Of a stretch of 64,000 nt of DNA, positions 43,102-53,200 are shown piece by piece. A program made the translations under genes and the position numbers. The DNA is taken from assembly GCA_049903315.1 (NCBI GenBank), contig JBNGBT010000003.1, forward strand, positions 160,001 through 224,000. The letters are read 5' to 3'. How positions within the stretch are numbered: the first letter of the stretch is position 1; the number at the start of each line of letters is the position of its first letter. The notes below the pieces were generated by a model, which searched no databases, was not told the origin of the DNA, and worked only from the letters and a program-made list of their open reading frames with translations. Source of the DNA: Candidatus Cloacimonadota bacterium (lineage in GTDB: Bacteria; Cloacimonadota; Cloacimonadia; JGIOTU-2).

Positions 43102-44100
43102 TTATTTCATTTCAGCTAATAACTTTTTGATCACATCTTTCGAAGTGATGCCTTCCGCTTCTGCGGCAAAGTTCAAAAGAATTCTGTGCTGAAGGATCGG
43201 TGTGGCAACAAATTCGATATCTTCCATTGATGGTACAGTTCGTCCATTCAACGCAGCGCGTGTTTTTGCTGCGAGAACAAGATACTGCGAAGCGCGAGGA
43301 CCAGCTCCCCAGTTAACCCAGTTTTTCACAAAGTCGGGAGCATCTTCAAATTTTGGACGGGAGAGTCGTGCAAGCTTTACTGCTGTTTCAAGAATGTGTT
43401 CGGGCAGGGGTATCTTGAAGATAAATTTTTGCAGCTTTGTGATTTCTTCTCCGCTCACAATTTTTTGAATGGTTTCAAATTCCCTGCTTGTGGTTATTTC
43501 AGCAATTTGTTTTTCTTCTTCATATGAAGGATAATCTATGTCGATATGAAAAATAAACCTATCGAGCTGAGCTTCTGGTAAAGGGTAGGTGCCTTCCTGT
43601 TCGATGGGATTCTGAGTTGCCAGCACAAAGAATGGAGGAGAGAGAGGAAAAGTATGATTTCCAGCTGTGACCTTTCTTTCCTGCATTGCTTCAAGGAGTG
43701 CGGATTGCGTTTTCGGAGGAGTCCTGTTTATTTCATCTGCAAGAATAATATTAGCAAAAACCGGTCCTTTCACAAACTGGAAAGCGCGCTTGCCTGTTGT
43801 CTTATCCTCTGTGAGAATATCTGTGCCTGTGATGTCTGAGGGCATAAGATCAGGTGTGAATTGTATCCTGCTGAAATTGAGGTCGAGTACCTGCGAAATA
43901 GTGCTGATCAAAAGTGTTTTTGCCAATCCGGGCACACCGACCAGCAGGCAATGTCCATTTGCAAAAAGAGAGATAAGGAAATATTCGATCACCTTATCCT
44001 GTCCCACAATGACTTTGTGGATTTCGTTCACTATCTTTGCTCTGGTTTCAGAGAGGTTTTCTATAGTTTTTACGTCGCTGTTTGAGACAATATTATCCAT
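43102..44100 (-). CDS. MoxR family AAA+ ATPase
   Basis: GVPGLAKT, RIQFTPDLMPSD, LADEINRTPPKTQSALLEAMQE, ATQNPIEQEGTYPLPEAQLDRF. Confidence 0.93.
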   Translation of the reverse strand: MDNIVSNSDVKTIENLSETRAKIVNEIHKVIVGQDKVIEYFLISLFANGHCLLVGVPGLAKTLLISTISQVLDLNFSRIQFTPDLMPSDITGTDILTEDKTTGKRAFQFVKGPVFANIILADEINRTPPKTQSALLEAMQERKVTAGNHTFPLSPPFFVLATQNPIEQEGTYPLPEAQLDRFIFHIDIDYPSYEEEKQIAEITTSREFETIQKIVSGEEITKLQKFIFKIPLPEHILETAVKLARLSRPKFEDAPDFVKNWVNWGAGPRASQYLVLAAKTRAALNGRTVPSMEDIEFVATPILQHRILLNFAAEAEGITSKDVIKKLLAEMK

Positions 44101-44196
44101 GCAATATCCTTTATTAAATACTTTGAGATAGATTCAGGAGTGTTGTTTTTGGATGTCAAGATTGAGGATAGCAGATTAAAGATGTCTAGTCGTTGC

Positions 44197-44350
44197 GAGG
44201 ATTAAAGTGTGACTTTTATCCAGATTTGGTAGATAGGAATACTGGATACATGCTTTTGTAAAATAACATATGCGTTCAACTAGTTACGCAAAATTCCAAT
44301 CTTGCGTACTCAACATCGGAATGTTGAGTTACTCCTCACTTTTAATCCTC
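44197..44350. repeat. Structured intergenic element with terminal inverted repeats and internal hairpins
   Basis: GAGGATTAAAGTG (44197) vs CACTTTTAATCCTC (ends 44350); hairpins TATCCAG/CTGGATA, TACGCAA/TTGCGTA, ACTCAACAT-CGGA-ATGTTGAGT. Confidence 0.5.
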
Positions 44351-44363
44351 TACTCTTTACGCA

Positions 44364-45005
44364 CTACGGCTTAATAATACCCAGCCAATCTCCAAGCAGG
44401 AAATTCAACCTTCCGATAAGAAGCGAGATACGAGCCATCACCGTGTAACCGAATGCAGCACCGAAACTTACCATAAGGAAATATATGCCGACCCGGGCAG
44501 TTACTCCGAAAGCTCCCTCATGTTTCTTGCTGAAGAAAAAGTACACAATGCCAGATATTGTGCCGATTATGAGAATAAGTTCGCCAGCGATCTGAGCAGC
44601 ATTACTTGTTGCAAAGGGATTCAGCATGGTCGCTGTTAATTGGTTAAGTACATCTGACTGAAGATAACGCTTGAAGAACAATCCGGCAGTTGTTCCCACC
44701 ACAACTGCAAGTGCGTACCTGCTTACCCAATCAATAGTAGGTATCAACCTGCAGAGCATCAGGATACCGAGGAATGCCGGTATCAGAAGGATGAAATTAT
44801 GAGTAAAATCCGAAGTAACAGGGATAAAAAGATTCGGCATGAGTATGTTGTAGATTGTATATATGAACCAATAACCCGCAGAAATTCCGATGAAGATCTG
44901 CTCAGCTATTTTGTAAAAAGGATTGTCCTTATAAAGAAAGCTGAAGATAGCGAAAGTAAGAAAAGCCCCGACCCAAATCCCGATTCTATCCATAATTATT
45001 GCCAT
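44364..45005 (-). CDS. Uncharacterised polytopic membrane protein (DUF6754 operon gene 4)
   Basis: About 6 hydrophobic segments; FSFLYKDNPFYKIAE, YFFFS, FGA.FG.TVMAR; GGAGG SD. Confidence 0.8.
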   Translation of the reverse strand: MAIIMDRIGIWVGAFLTFAIFSFLYKDNPFYKIAEQIFIGISAGYWFIYTIYNILMPNLFIPVTSDFTHNFILLIPAFLGILMLCRLIPTIDWVSRYALAVVVGTTAGLFFKRYLQSDVLNQLTATMLNPFATSNAAQIAGELILIIGTISGIVYFFFSKKHEGAFGVTARVGIYFLMVSFGAAFGYTVMARISLLIGRLNFLLGDWLGIIKP

Positions 45006-45016
45006 TTTTCCTCCGC

Positions 45017-45859
45017 CTATGCTTTCAATGTGTCTTTTTGTTTCCTGGTTGCAAAATAGCCGATATTGCCGATCAGGATGAACAGGATTATTACGAGATG
45101 TGCAACGGATTGGGCATCCATTCCTTTTGTTGCAAAACCAGGTTTATTGATGAGGAGTTCAAATTCCGCTGCGCCTTTCAATCCGCCAAGCAAACCGACA
45201 AGCTGCTGCTGTTCGTTCACATAGGGCAGCATCGTGGGCGCTTGTACTGCGGTTGTACCCCCAGCAACTGGTTTTCCAAATGTATCATGAACGATCATAA
45301 CCCACTGTTTCAATCCCGGATCACCTGCAGATAATGAGATCATACAACCGATTTTATCGAAATTCTTTATGCCCTTCATGATGGGGAATTCGTCGATTGG
45401 ATTTCCCCCTGCATCGGCAGGAAAGGTGCTTCGAAAATCCTTTGCCATATGATTGATCGTCACCATACCGCCCGATTTATAACCGAGATTAATAAAGTCG
45501 ATACCATATTCGATATTTGGGTATTCCGTACTCACTATTTCGTATGCTTCGTTGCACATCTGCACGCCCATGGGCCAGAGTGCTGTTGCAATTATCCGCA
45601 ATCTAAGTGTGAACGCCTGCTGCATCAAAGCAATTGCCATTGGTTGTATTTCCGGTTTGGTCGAAGGATCATAATCAAAAGAAATGAGAATGCGTGTACC
45701 GGGTTCCAATTCTTGAAGAAGATCATAGACACTCTGCACATTCTCGGTCACTTCCAGGTTGAATCCCAATGTCCATATTAGAGGAATTGCCACGCCGAGT
45801 AGGATGAGCAGGAAAATAATTCGACGATCAATATTAAGGAATCTCTCAAAAATTTTCAT
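45017..45859 (-). CDS. Uncharacterised protein, TM-soluble domain-TM (DUF6754 operon gene 3)
   Basis: N- and C-terminal TMs; SFDYDPS..PE, YG.DF.NLGY..G, GLLGGLKGAAE.E, MDAQS.AH. Confidence 0.8.
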   Translation of the reverse strand: MKIFERFLNIDRRIIFLLILLGVAIPLIWTLGFNLEVTENVQSVYDLLQELEPGTRILISFDYDPSTKPEIQPMAIALMQQAFTLRLRIIATALWPMGVQMCNEAYEIVSTEYPNIEYGIDFINLGYKSGGMVTINHMAKDFRSTFPADAGGNPIDEFPIMKGIKNFDKIGCMISLSAGDPGLKQWVMIVHDTFGKPVAGGTTAVQAPTMLPYVNEQQQLVGLLGGLKGAAEFELLINKPGFATKGMDAQSVAHLVIILFILIGNIGYFATRKQKDTLKA

Positions 45860-45860
45860 C

Positions 45861-46556
45861 TTATTTACCCCCTAAATATGAACGTTCGATGCCAAGAATG
45901 ATGCGCAGAGAGCTGCCGATCACACCCAAACCGGCGCAGATCATTATCGCTCGCTGACCCGCAGTATTGGGATATTTCATAATGAAAGAGGCAATATTAG
46001 GCAAATGCAAAAATCCAAGTGAATCAGGGATCCATCCGGTCAAAGTGCTTCCGATCGTTGTTCTACCAAGCATGACGAGAACTGCTGCGATAAGGAGTAA
46101 AGTAGATTCGGGACTGCGTGCACGAAATGCCCTGTACGATGCGGAAGCCATGAAGAATGCGAGCAGAGAGAACATCGTGGCAGAAAGGTTTTCAAATAAA
46201 TATTTAAAGATGTAATCAAAGGGTTTATATCCTAGGAAATTGATCATTTTTTCACTTGCAGGAATGAGTCCGGGCTGCTGCTGTGTTCCCCATAAAATAC
46301 CACAAATGACCATGATGGAAAAACTCACAAGCGCAATAATGAAGTATGGCCAGTTCGGTGCTTTGCGGGATATTTTTATGATATTGACCTTGAACAAGCT
46401 GAGCTGCCCGAGGATGATAGCAAAACCGGAAATGATCAAAAACCATCCTTCGAGACTGGTCGAAAGACTATTAAAGGGTTTGTGTGGAATGAATTCAGAA
46501 ACAATGATAAGCATGCCAACCAAGAAGGTGATGAGCATAGGAATTTGTCTTCTCAT
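45861..46556 (-). CDS. Uncharacterised polytopic membrane protein (DUF6754 operon gene 2)
   Basis: About 6 TMs; ATMFSLLAFF.ASA.YRAFRAR, RA..I..GLG.....LR.ILG.ER. Confidence 0.8.
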   Translation of the reverse strand: MRRQIPMLITFLVGMLIIVSEFIPHKPFNSLSTSLEGWFLIISGFAIILGQLSLFKVNIIKISRKAPNWPYFIIALVSFSIMVICGILWGTQQQPGLIPASEKMINFLGYKPFDYIFKYLFENLSATMFSLLAFFMASASYRAFRARSPESTLLLIAAVLVMLGRTTIGSTLTGWIPDSLGFLHLPNIASFIMKYPNTAGQRAIMICAGLGVIGSSLRIILGIERSYLGGK

Positions 46557-46572
46557 GTGTCCTCTTTATGTA

Positions 46573-47679
46573 TTAGTGGGTTGCCAGAAAATCTTTCAGG
46601 AAATGTATGCCGAACATTTCGAGCACTACACCGACAAGAAGGGTAAATATTATAATTGCTTTTCCCACATCCTGACCTTTCAAACTTCCAAGCTGATTTG
46701 GTTCATTTGAAAGATATGCAGATGCAGCGAAGAGTTCTTCACCGATCAACGTATAGTCACAGGCAGCAACGAAGAAGGGGATCTGGGTGGGCATTGCAGT
46801 GCCTGCGATCTGAATTGCACCGCTCTCAAAACCTGTTTCTGCAAGAATAAGAGATTCTGCGTAAAATGCGCCGAGATAGAAAGTTGCAGCGGGTTTTTCT
46901 CGAAGGATTATGCCGTCAACGCCTGCGACATATCCGAACTGATCATCAGTAAGATAAAATACTGAATCCGGCTTAAAGGCATCGGGTCTGCCTGCACGAA
47001 GATAGGCTTCCTTTACGATTTCCTTTGCTGTGGAGAGCACCATTGAACGGCATACCGGAACATGGATTGTAGAATCATATTGGGCTACTTTTTCTGCGAG
47101 ATGCCCGAGAATGTTCAGTCCCGCAATAGTCTGCATATCATCGAGATCCATGATGCCGGGAACAAATAAAAGGGGTTTTCCCATTTCTGTAGCCCGTCCG
47201 ACTGCTTCTTCGATCGTGTCAAGTCCGCTGATCTTTCTTATGTAGAGCCGCTTTCCTTTTCGTGCAGAGAAAATAAAATAAGTGATCGCACTTCCAAGTA
47301 GGATTGTCATAATGAGCAAAGATATTTTATCAGTATTGAACCATTCTGCCTTTGCTATAGCTGACGCACTGAAACTTTGCAGTGTTTCACCTTCTATGTT
47401 CAACACAGAGAGTTTATAGAAATATTCCTGTCCGTCCTCGATATTTTCATCATCAATAAATTGCTTCATAAGAGGTGTAACCGTAGCGATCTCAATATAA
47501 TTTTCTTTATCAATACTGCGGCTGATGGTCATCTCGGGAAAAGACAGCGGGACGTTCCATTCCAGCAGTATCGCACCACCATCATCATTTGGGTTGTCTG
47601 CAGCAGTGAAGGTCATATCTTGGGCATATAACGAAAAAGCAAAAAATATACAAAATATAATAAAAAAAGATACTCTCAT
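46573..47679 (-). CDS. FN3-like + DUF6754 membrane protein (operon gene 1)
   Basis: Signal peptide, D.PNDDG..I.L.W FN3-like domain, TM, IRKI.GL..IEEAVGRATEMGKP, AESLILAE.G, CDYTLIGEELFAASAYLS. Confidence 0.8.
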   Translation of the reverse strand: MRVSFFIIFCIFFAFSLYAQDMTFTAADNPNDDGGAILLEWNVPLSFPEMTISRSIDKENYIEIATVTPLMKQFIDDENIEDGQEYFYKLSVLNIEGETLQSFSASAIAKAEWFNTDKISLLIMTILLGSAITYFIFSARKGKRLYIRKISGLDTIEEAVGRATEMGKPLLFVPGIMDLDDMQTIAGLNILGHLAEKVAQYDSTIHVPVCRSMVLSTAKEIVKEAYLRAGRPDAFKPDSVFYLTDDQFGYVAGVDGIILREKPAATFYLGAFYAESLILAETGFESGAIQIAGTAMPTQIPFFVAACDYTLIGEELFAASAYLSNEPNQLGSLKGQDVGKAIIIFTLLVGVVLEMFGIHFLKDFLATH

Positions 47680-47836
47680 GCCTAATACCCCATGCATAAA
47701 TTTAATTTGAACTATTAATCCCAATTTCCTATTTGAAATGTCAATAAATTACACTTCAATATAAATTTATTTGGGAAATTTGCAAAACTTTACAAAAATT
47801 TCAGAAATCAACATTTGATTATTTTAGGAATAGTAT

Positions 47837-48835
47837 ATGAATATTTTAATTTCAGGCGGAACAGGATTTATCGGATATCATTTAATAAAACGTCTTGTAA
47901 ACAGAGGTCATGCGGTTACGTGTATTATAAGACAAAATTCAAATATTGAGAAATTGAATGGATTTAATCTTCAGTATATTTCATATGAAGAAATAAAAAA
48001 TAGTGAAATAGATTTTTATGGATATGATGTTGTATATCATCTTGCGAGTATACGTCATAAATGGGGAACAAGCTGGAATGAGTATGTGAAATCCGGGCAA
48101 AATTATACTGAGATGTTGTTAAAATCTTCCGTTGGAAAAATAACACAATTTATATTTTGCAGTTCTGTAGCTGTTTACGGATATACAGATACACTGCCGA
48201 TCTCGGAAAGTTCAGAGAAAAGCCCCCATAATCTATATGGTAAGATGAAGCTGGAATGCGAAAATCTCGTTACATTATATAACGAAAAGTATGATTTACC
48301 CTATACAATTCTTCGTCCATCAGTTGTATATGGCGAAAATGATCCACAAGGGATGATGACTCGACTTGTCAAGATGATTTACGATAACTCATATCATACT
48401 ATTGGGAATGGAAACAATAGAATTCAATGTGTTTATATTGAAGATTTTATTGATATTCTCGAAAAGATAGGAACAAATTTTCATCCAACTAATGATGAAT
48501 TTATTATTTCATACCAGTATCCAATTACCATTAATGATTTAGTTAAATTAATTAGAAACGAATTACATAAGGAAGTTACCCTTGACATTAAGATTCCAGT
48601 ATGGTTTGCACGATTTTTTGCCATGATAATTGAAAAGGCTTATCAAGTCGGCATTAAATTAACAGGACCAGAACCAATAATTGCTAAAGAGAAAGTGGAT
48701 ACAATGGTAAAAGATGTTGTCTATGATACTTCAAAAATTAAAAGTGCATATGATTTCGCGTCCACCGTTTCATATAAGCAAGGAATTAACAGATTGATAC
48801 GCAGTTTAATACAGGAGAATAAATGGAAGGTATAA
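47837..48835 (+). CDS. NAD-dependent epimerase/dehydratase (extended SDR)
   Basis: ISGGTGFIG, HLA, SS.AVYG, YGKMK (YxxxK), LRPS.VYG. Confidence 0.88.
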   Translation: MNILISGGTGFIGYHLIKRLVNRGHAVTCIIRQNSNIEKLNGFNLQYISYEEIKNSEIDFYGYDVVYHLASIRHKWGTSWNEYVKSGQNYTEMLLKSSVGKITQFIFCSSVAVYGYTDTLPISESSEKSPHNLYGKMKLECENLVTLYNEKYDLPYTILRPSVVYGENDPQGMMTRLVKMIYDNSYHTIGNGNNRIQCVYIEDFIDILEKIGTNFHPTNDEFIISYQYPITINDLVKLIRNELHKEVTLDIKIPVWFARFFAMIIEKAYQVGIKLTGPEPIIAKEKVDTMVKDVVYDTSKIKSAYDFASTVSYKQGINRLIRSLIQENKWKV

Positions 48836-49248
48836 TTACACAAGATGTTTGCAAGCGATATAATTGTGAAATTTTAGGTTTTGGAGAAATATTTGAAATA
48901 AAGTCTGTTGAACGGATTAGGAAGAGATTAGTAAAAAAATATAAAAACGGGATTTTATATTTATCTTCTAATAAGGATCATTCAGGAAGAGGATTTACCA
49001 GGGAAGAGATTGAACAGAAAGTCAAGGAAGATGGTTTGGAAATTCTAGAAAGCGGGTATGCAGATGCGCCGCCATGGAAATCCGATCCACTTGAATCAGG
49101 ACAACAATCAAGCAAAATGGAAATCCCTATTTTATCAAAACTAGTTCCTTTTATATTTATATTATGGATTCCATTGTTTGAACGATTTTACAGAAAGAGA
49201 AGAAAAGCACATATAGCTTGGGTTTTCGGAGCAGTTGATGAAAAATAA
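48823..49248 (+). CDS. Hypothetical protein
   Basis: Overlaps both neighbours in an operon; GGAG SD; GYADAPPW motif of unknown meaning. Confidence 0.6.
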   Translation: MEGIITQDVCKRYNCEILGFGEIFEIKSVERIRKRLVKKYKNGILYLSSNKDHSGRGFTREEIEQKVKEDGLEILESGYADAPPWKSDPLESGQQSSKMEIPILSKLVPFIFILWIPLFERFYRKRRKAHIAWVFGAVDEK

Positions 49249-50224
49249 ACTGAATATTATTATTGGTATAATAATTGGTGCTGCTTTTCTTGGTTTATGG
49301 TTTCTTCTCGTTGATCCAAATGAAATTTGGTCATATCTCAGAGGACTCAATATTTTTCATGTTATTTTATTCACTTTTTTTTATATTTTTGCATATTTCA
49401 TACGTTCCTATAGATGGCGTTTAATATTAAAACCCATTTTTAAAATGAAAATTCTGGAGTCTTTTTTTTATTTTATGGCAGGAATGCTTATAAATTATCT
49501 TGTTCCTGTGAGAGCTGGTGAAGTTGCTAAAAGTTTTTTTCTTAAGAAAAATGAAGGGGTAAAAATTTCTAAATCTCTCCCTTCAATCTTTATCGACAAA
49601 CTAACTGATTTATTCCCAATAATTGTAATTATTATACTTATTCCTATCCTGGCAATTCCTATCAGTAAAACACTTACATGGATAATCGTTGCGATCTTAA
49701 TCCTATATGTGATACTTCTTTTTATTCTTATCTTCTCTATGAAAAGTCCGGAGAATATGCATAAAATATTGATGAAACTGTCATTTTTCCTTCCTAATAA
49801 GTTTAAAAGTAAGCTTGAAGAATTTTATACAAGCTTTATTGAGGGAATGGGCATCCTGAGAGGAAGAAGGAAAGATACAATAATGATATATCTTTTGACT
49901 TTGCTCGCAGTTTTTTCTGAAGGATTTTTTGTATATATGATCTTTCGCAGTCTTGGTTTACAAAATATTGGCTACATTAAAATAGTATTTGGATATACAT
50001 TAATGAACCTTACATACATACTTCCTACTCCACCTGCTCAAATTGGCTCAAATGAATTTATGTGGGTTATAATATTCTCATTTGCTTTAGGTTTAAATAG
50101 AAATTTAACCGGAGCTGCCGTAGCAACCGTTCATATATTAACGACAATTGTAATATTCGCATTTGGGGCAATCTCACTTTCATCGATTGGAATAAAATTT
50201 TCGGAGATTTTTAGAAAAAAATAA
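49235..50224 (+). CDS. Lysylphosphatidylglycerol synthase TM / flippase-like protein (UPF0104)
   Basis: R.YRW..IL, N...P.RAGEV.K, D, LPTPPAQIG..E; about 8 TMs. Confidence 0.85.
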   Translation: MMKNKLNIIIGIIIGAAFLGLWFLLVDPNEIWSYLRGLNIFHVILFTFFYIFAYFIRSYRWRLILKPIFKMKILESFFYFMAGMLINYLVPVRAGEVAKSFFLKKNEGVKISKSLPSIFIDKLTDLFPIIVIIILIPILAIPISKTLTWIIVAILILYVILLFILIFSMKSPENMHKILMKLSFFLPNKFKSKLEEFYTSFIEGMGILRGRRKDTIMIYLLTLLAVFSEGFFVYMIFRSLGLQNIGYIKIVFGYTLMNLTYILPTPPAQIGSNEFMWVIIFSFALGLNRNLTGAAVATVHILTTIVIFAFGAISLSSIGIKFSEIFRKK

Positions 50225-50279
50225 ATTCTTGACACAGATCAGAATAAAATTTTAAAAAAGTCAACCATGGAGGTGCGAT

Positions 50280-53200
50280 ATGAAAAGTAAGGTAATTATA
50301 TGCATTCTTTCTCTTGTTCTGCTAGGGATTTTCTATACTTTACAAGCTGATATTATTACTGTTAATGCTAATGGCGGATATCAATATTTAACAATTCAAG
50401 ATGGTATTGATGCCGCAAGTAATGGAGATACGGTATTAGTTTATTCTGGAACTTATATCGAAAACATTAATTTCTATGGCAAGGACATCATTGTAGCTTC
50501 CTTATACTTTAGCACTGGAGATGCCGGATACGTAGAGAACACAATTATTGATGGTGGCGGAAACGGCTTTGTAGTACATTTTGAGAATGGTGAAACCGAA
50601 TCTGCTTTGCTTCAGGGTTTTACAATTACAAACGGATACGCTGAAGATGGTGGGGGTATTAAATGTAAAAATGCAAGCATGCCGGTTATTGATCATTTGA
50701 TTATTACAGGTAATGCAGCTTTTGACGATGGCGGCGGTGTTGCGTGCTATACTAATTCAGCGATGAGAATTTCGAATTGTGTTTTTTTTGAAAATGTTGC
50801 TGACGATAATGGAGGTGGCATCTTTCTGAATCATTCTACAGGATTAATTGAAAACTGTCTGTTTTACGAGAATATTTCTAACGGCGGAAGTTCTGCAATA
50901 GATTGTTGGTCGTCCGATCCAATGATAATTAATTGTTCTTTTTTTAATAATGTATCCTACGGATGGGCAACGATTGGTATATGGGACACCTCAAGTCCTT
51001 CTATATTAGATTGTATAGTATCAAATAATACTGGTTCGGGATTTGTGTTTCATTCTCAGTCAGAAGCGATAGTTGAATTTTGTAATTGTTATAACAATTC
51101 CTTTGGTTCCTTTTCTGGTTCTGTACCACCAGGTCTTGGAGTAATCAATCAAGTTAATGCAAACAATGATCCATGTGACGAGTTTTATAATATTTTTATG
51201 GACCCGGAATTAATTGATCCTATAAATTCAGATTTTACGCTGTTCCCTTCATCACCCTGCATAGACGCAGGTATTTCCGATACAATCGGGTTCAACCTTC
51301 CGCAATTCGATCTCGATGGTAATCCTCGTGTCGTTGATGGAAATGGTGATGGATTAGCAATTATTGATATGGGGTGTTATGAATTTGATGGAATGACCAA
51401 TTATGTCTTTACTCGTATTACTAGTGGAGATATTGTTAATGATGCTGGCTATTCTCATGGGAGCAGCTGGATTGACTATGATAATGATAATGATCTCGAT
51501 CTCTTTGTTGCTAACTGGAATGATCAGGATAACTTTCTCTACCAAAATGATGGAAATGGAACATTCACAAAAATCACAAATGGTGTCGTTGTAAACGATG
51601 GGGGTAAATCCTACGGATCAAGCTGGGGTGATTTTAATAATGATGGTCATATCGATGCTTTTGTAAGTAATATTTCAGATCAAGATAATTTTCTCTATCA
51701 AAATAATGGAGATGGAACATTTCTTAAGATTACTGAAGGTGATATTGTTAATGACGGCGGCAAATCCAACAATTGCTGTTGGGGTGATTATAATAATGAT
51801 GGATTTCTCGATCTGTTCATAGCTAACAGTGGCTCTCAAAATAATAGTTTGTATTGCAATTGTGGAGATGGTTCATTTTTGAAAATAACTAACGGTATAT
51901 TAGTAAATGATGCAGGTCAATCAAAAGGTTGTTGTTGGGCGGATTATAACAATGATGGATACCTTGATTTGTTTGTTACAAATTCAGATAATCAAAATAA
52001 CTATTTGTACTGTAATAACGGAAATGGCACTTTTACAAAAATAACAGATGGTCCTATCGTTAATGACGGAGGTGATTCTCGGGGTGGTGGTAGCTGGGGA
52101 GATTATGATAACGATGGCGATCTTGACCTTTTTGTTTCGAACAGGTTGCAAAACAATTTCCTTTATTGTAACGATGGAGATGGCACTTTTACTAAAATCA
52201 CTGCAGGGGATATTGTAAATGATGGTGGAAATTCTCGAGGAAGCAGCTGGGCTGACTATAACAACGACGGATATCTGGACCTGTTCGTATCCAATGACGG
52301 TGGAAATAACTTCTTATATAAAAACAATTGTGATGGCACTTTTACCAAAATCACTGATGAAGTTATTACTAATAATGACGGCGTTTCTGTAGGATGTGTA
52401 TGGGGAGATTATGATAATGACGGTGACCTAGACATATTCGTAAGTAATTTCTGGGATGATAATAATTACTTATATAAGAATAACGGTAATGATAACAACT
52501 GGATAAATATCAAATGTGTTGGTACTATTTCAAATAAAGCTGCCATCGGCACAAAAGTAAAAGTGAAAACGATCCTGGATGGAAGCCCAATGTGGCAGGT
52601 GAGAGAAATTTCAGCATTGAATGGATACAGTAGCCAAAATAGTCTGAATGTCGAGTTCGGTTTAGAGAGCAGTACACTTATAGATTCGGTAATCGTAAGT
52701 TGGCCAAGTGGTACTGAACAAATCCTAACAAACACAGCGTCTAATCAGTTTATTACAATTACTGAGCCTTTTTCTTCTCCTGATCAAATTGCACTTCAAA
52801 TTCCCACAGTAAATGCACTTCCCGGAGATACAGTTCTTATGCCTATGAATGTTCAATTTCCCCAAGATTCGACTTTCACGTCCGCAGAAATTCAAGTAGG
52901 TGGATATTTGGGATCATTAGAATTTGTTGAATTAATTGCTGATTGCAGCCTGGTTGGCGATGCCGGATGGTTGTATGAATCTAATGAAAACGACAGCGTA
53001 AACACAATATGGATGGCTGGATCTGAAGCCATATCCGGTGAAGGTACTCTAATCTGGATGAAATTTATAATACCGGAAACTGCAGCTGGTTTTATTCCAA
53101 TCATACTTGTAGATGCGTTGTTTGATACGGGTGTGATACCTGTCAATGTAACTTCTGGTGGTGTAAATGTTGTCACACCATTGTATGGAGATGTAGATTT

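Noticed and set aside
51405..52490. Regular ~160-bp periodicity resembling a repeat array or CRISPR
   Set aside because: Repeats are degenerate at DNA level, in frame and encode FG-GAP blades; there is no repeat-spacer structure and no cas gene
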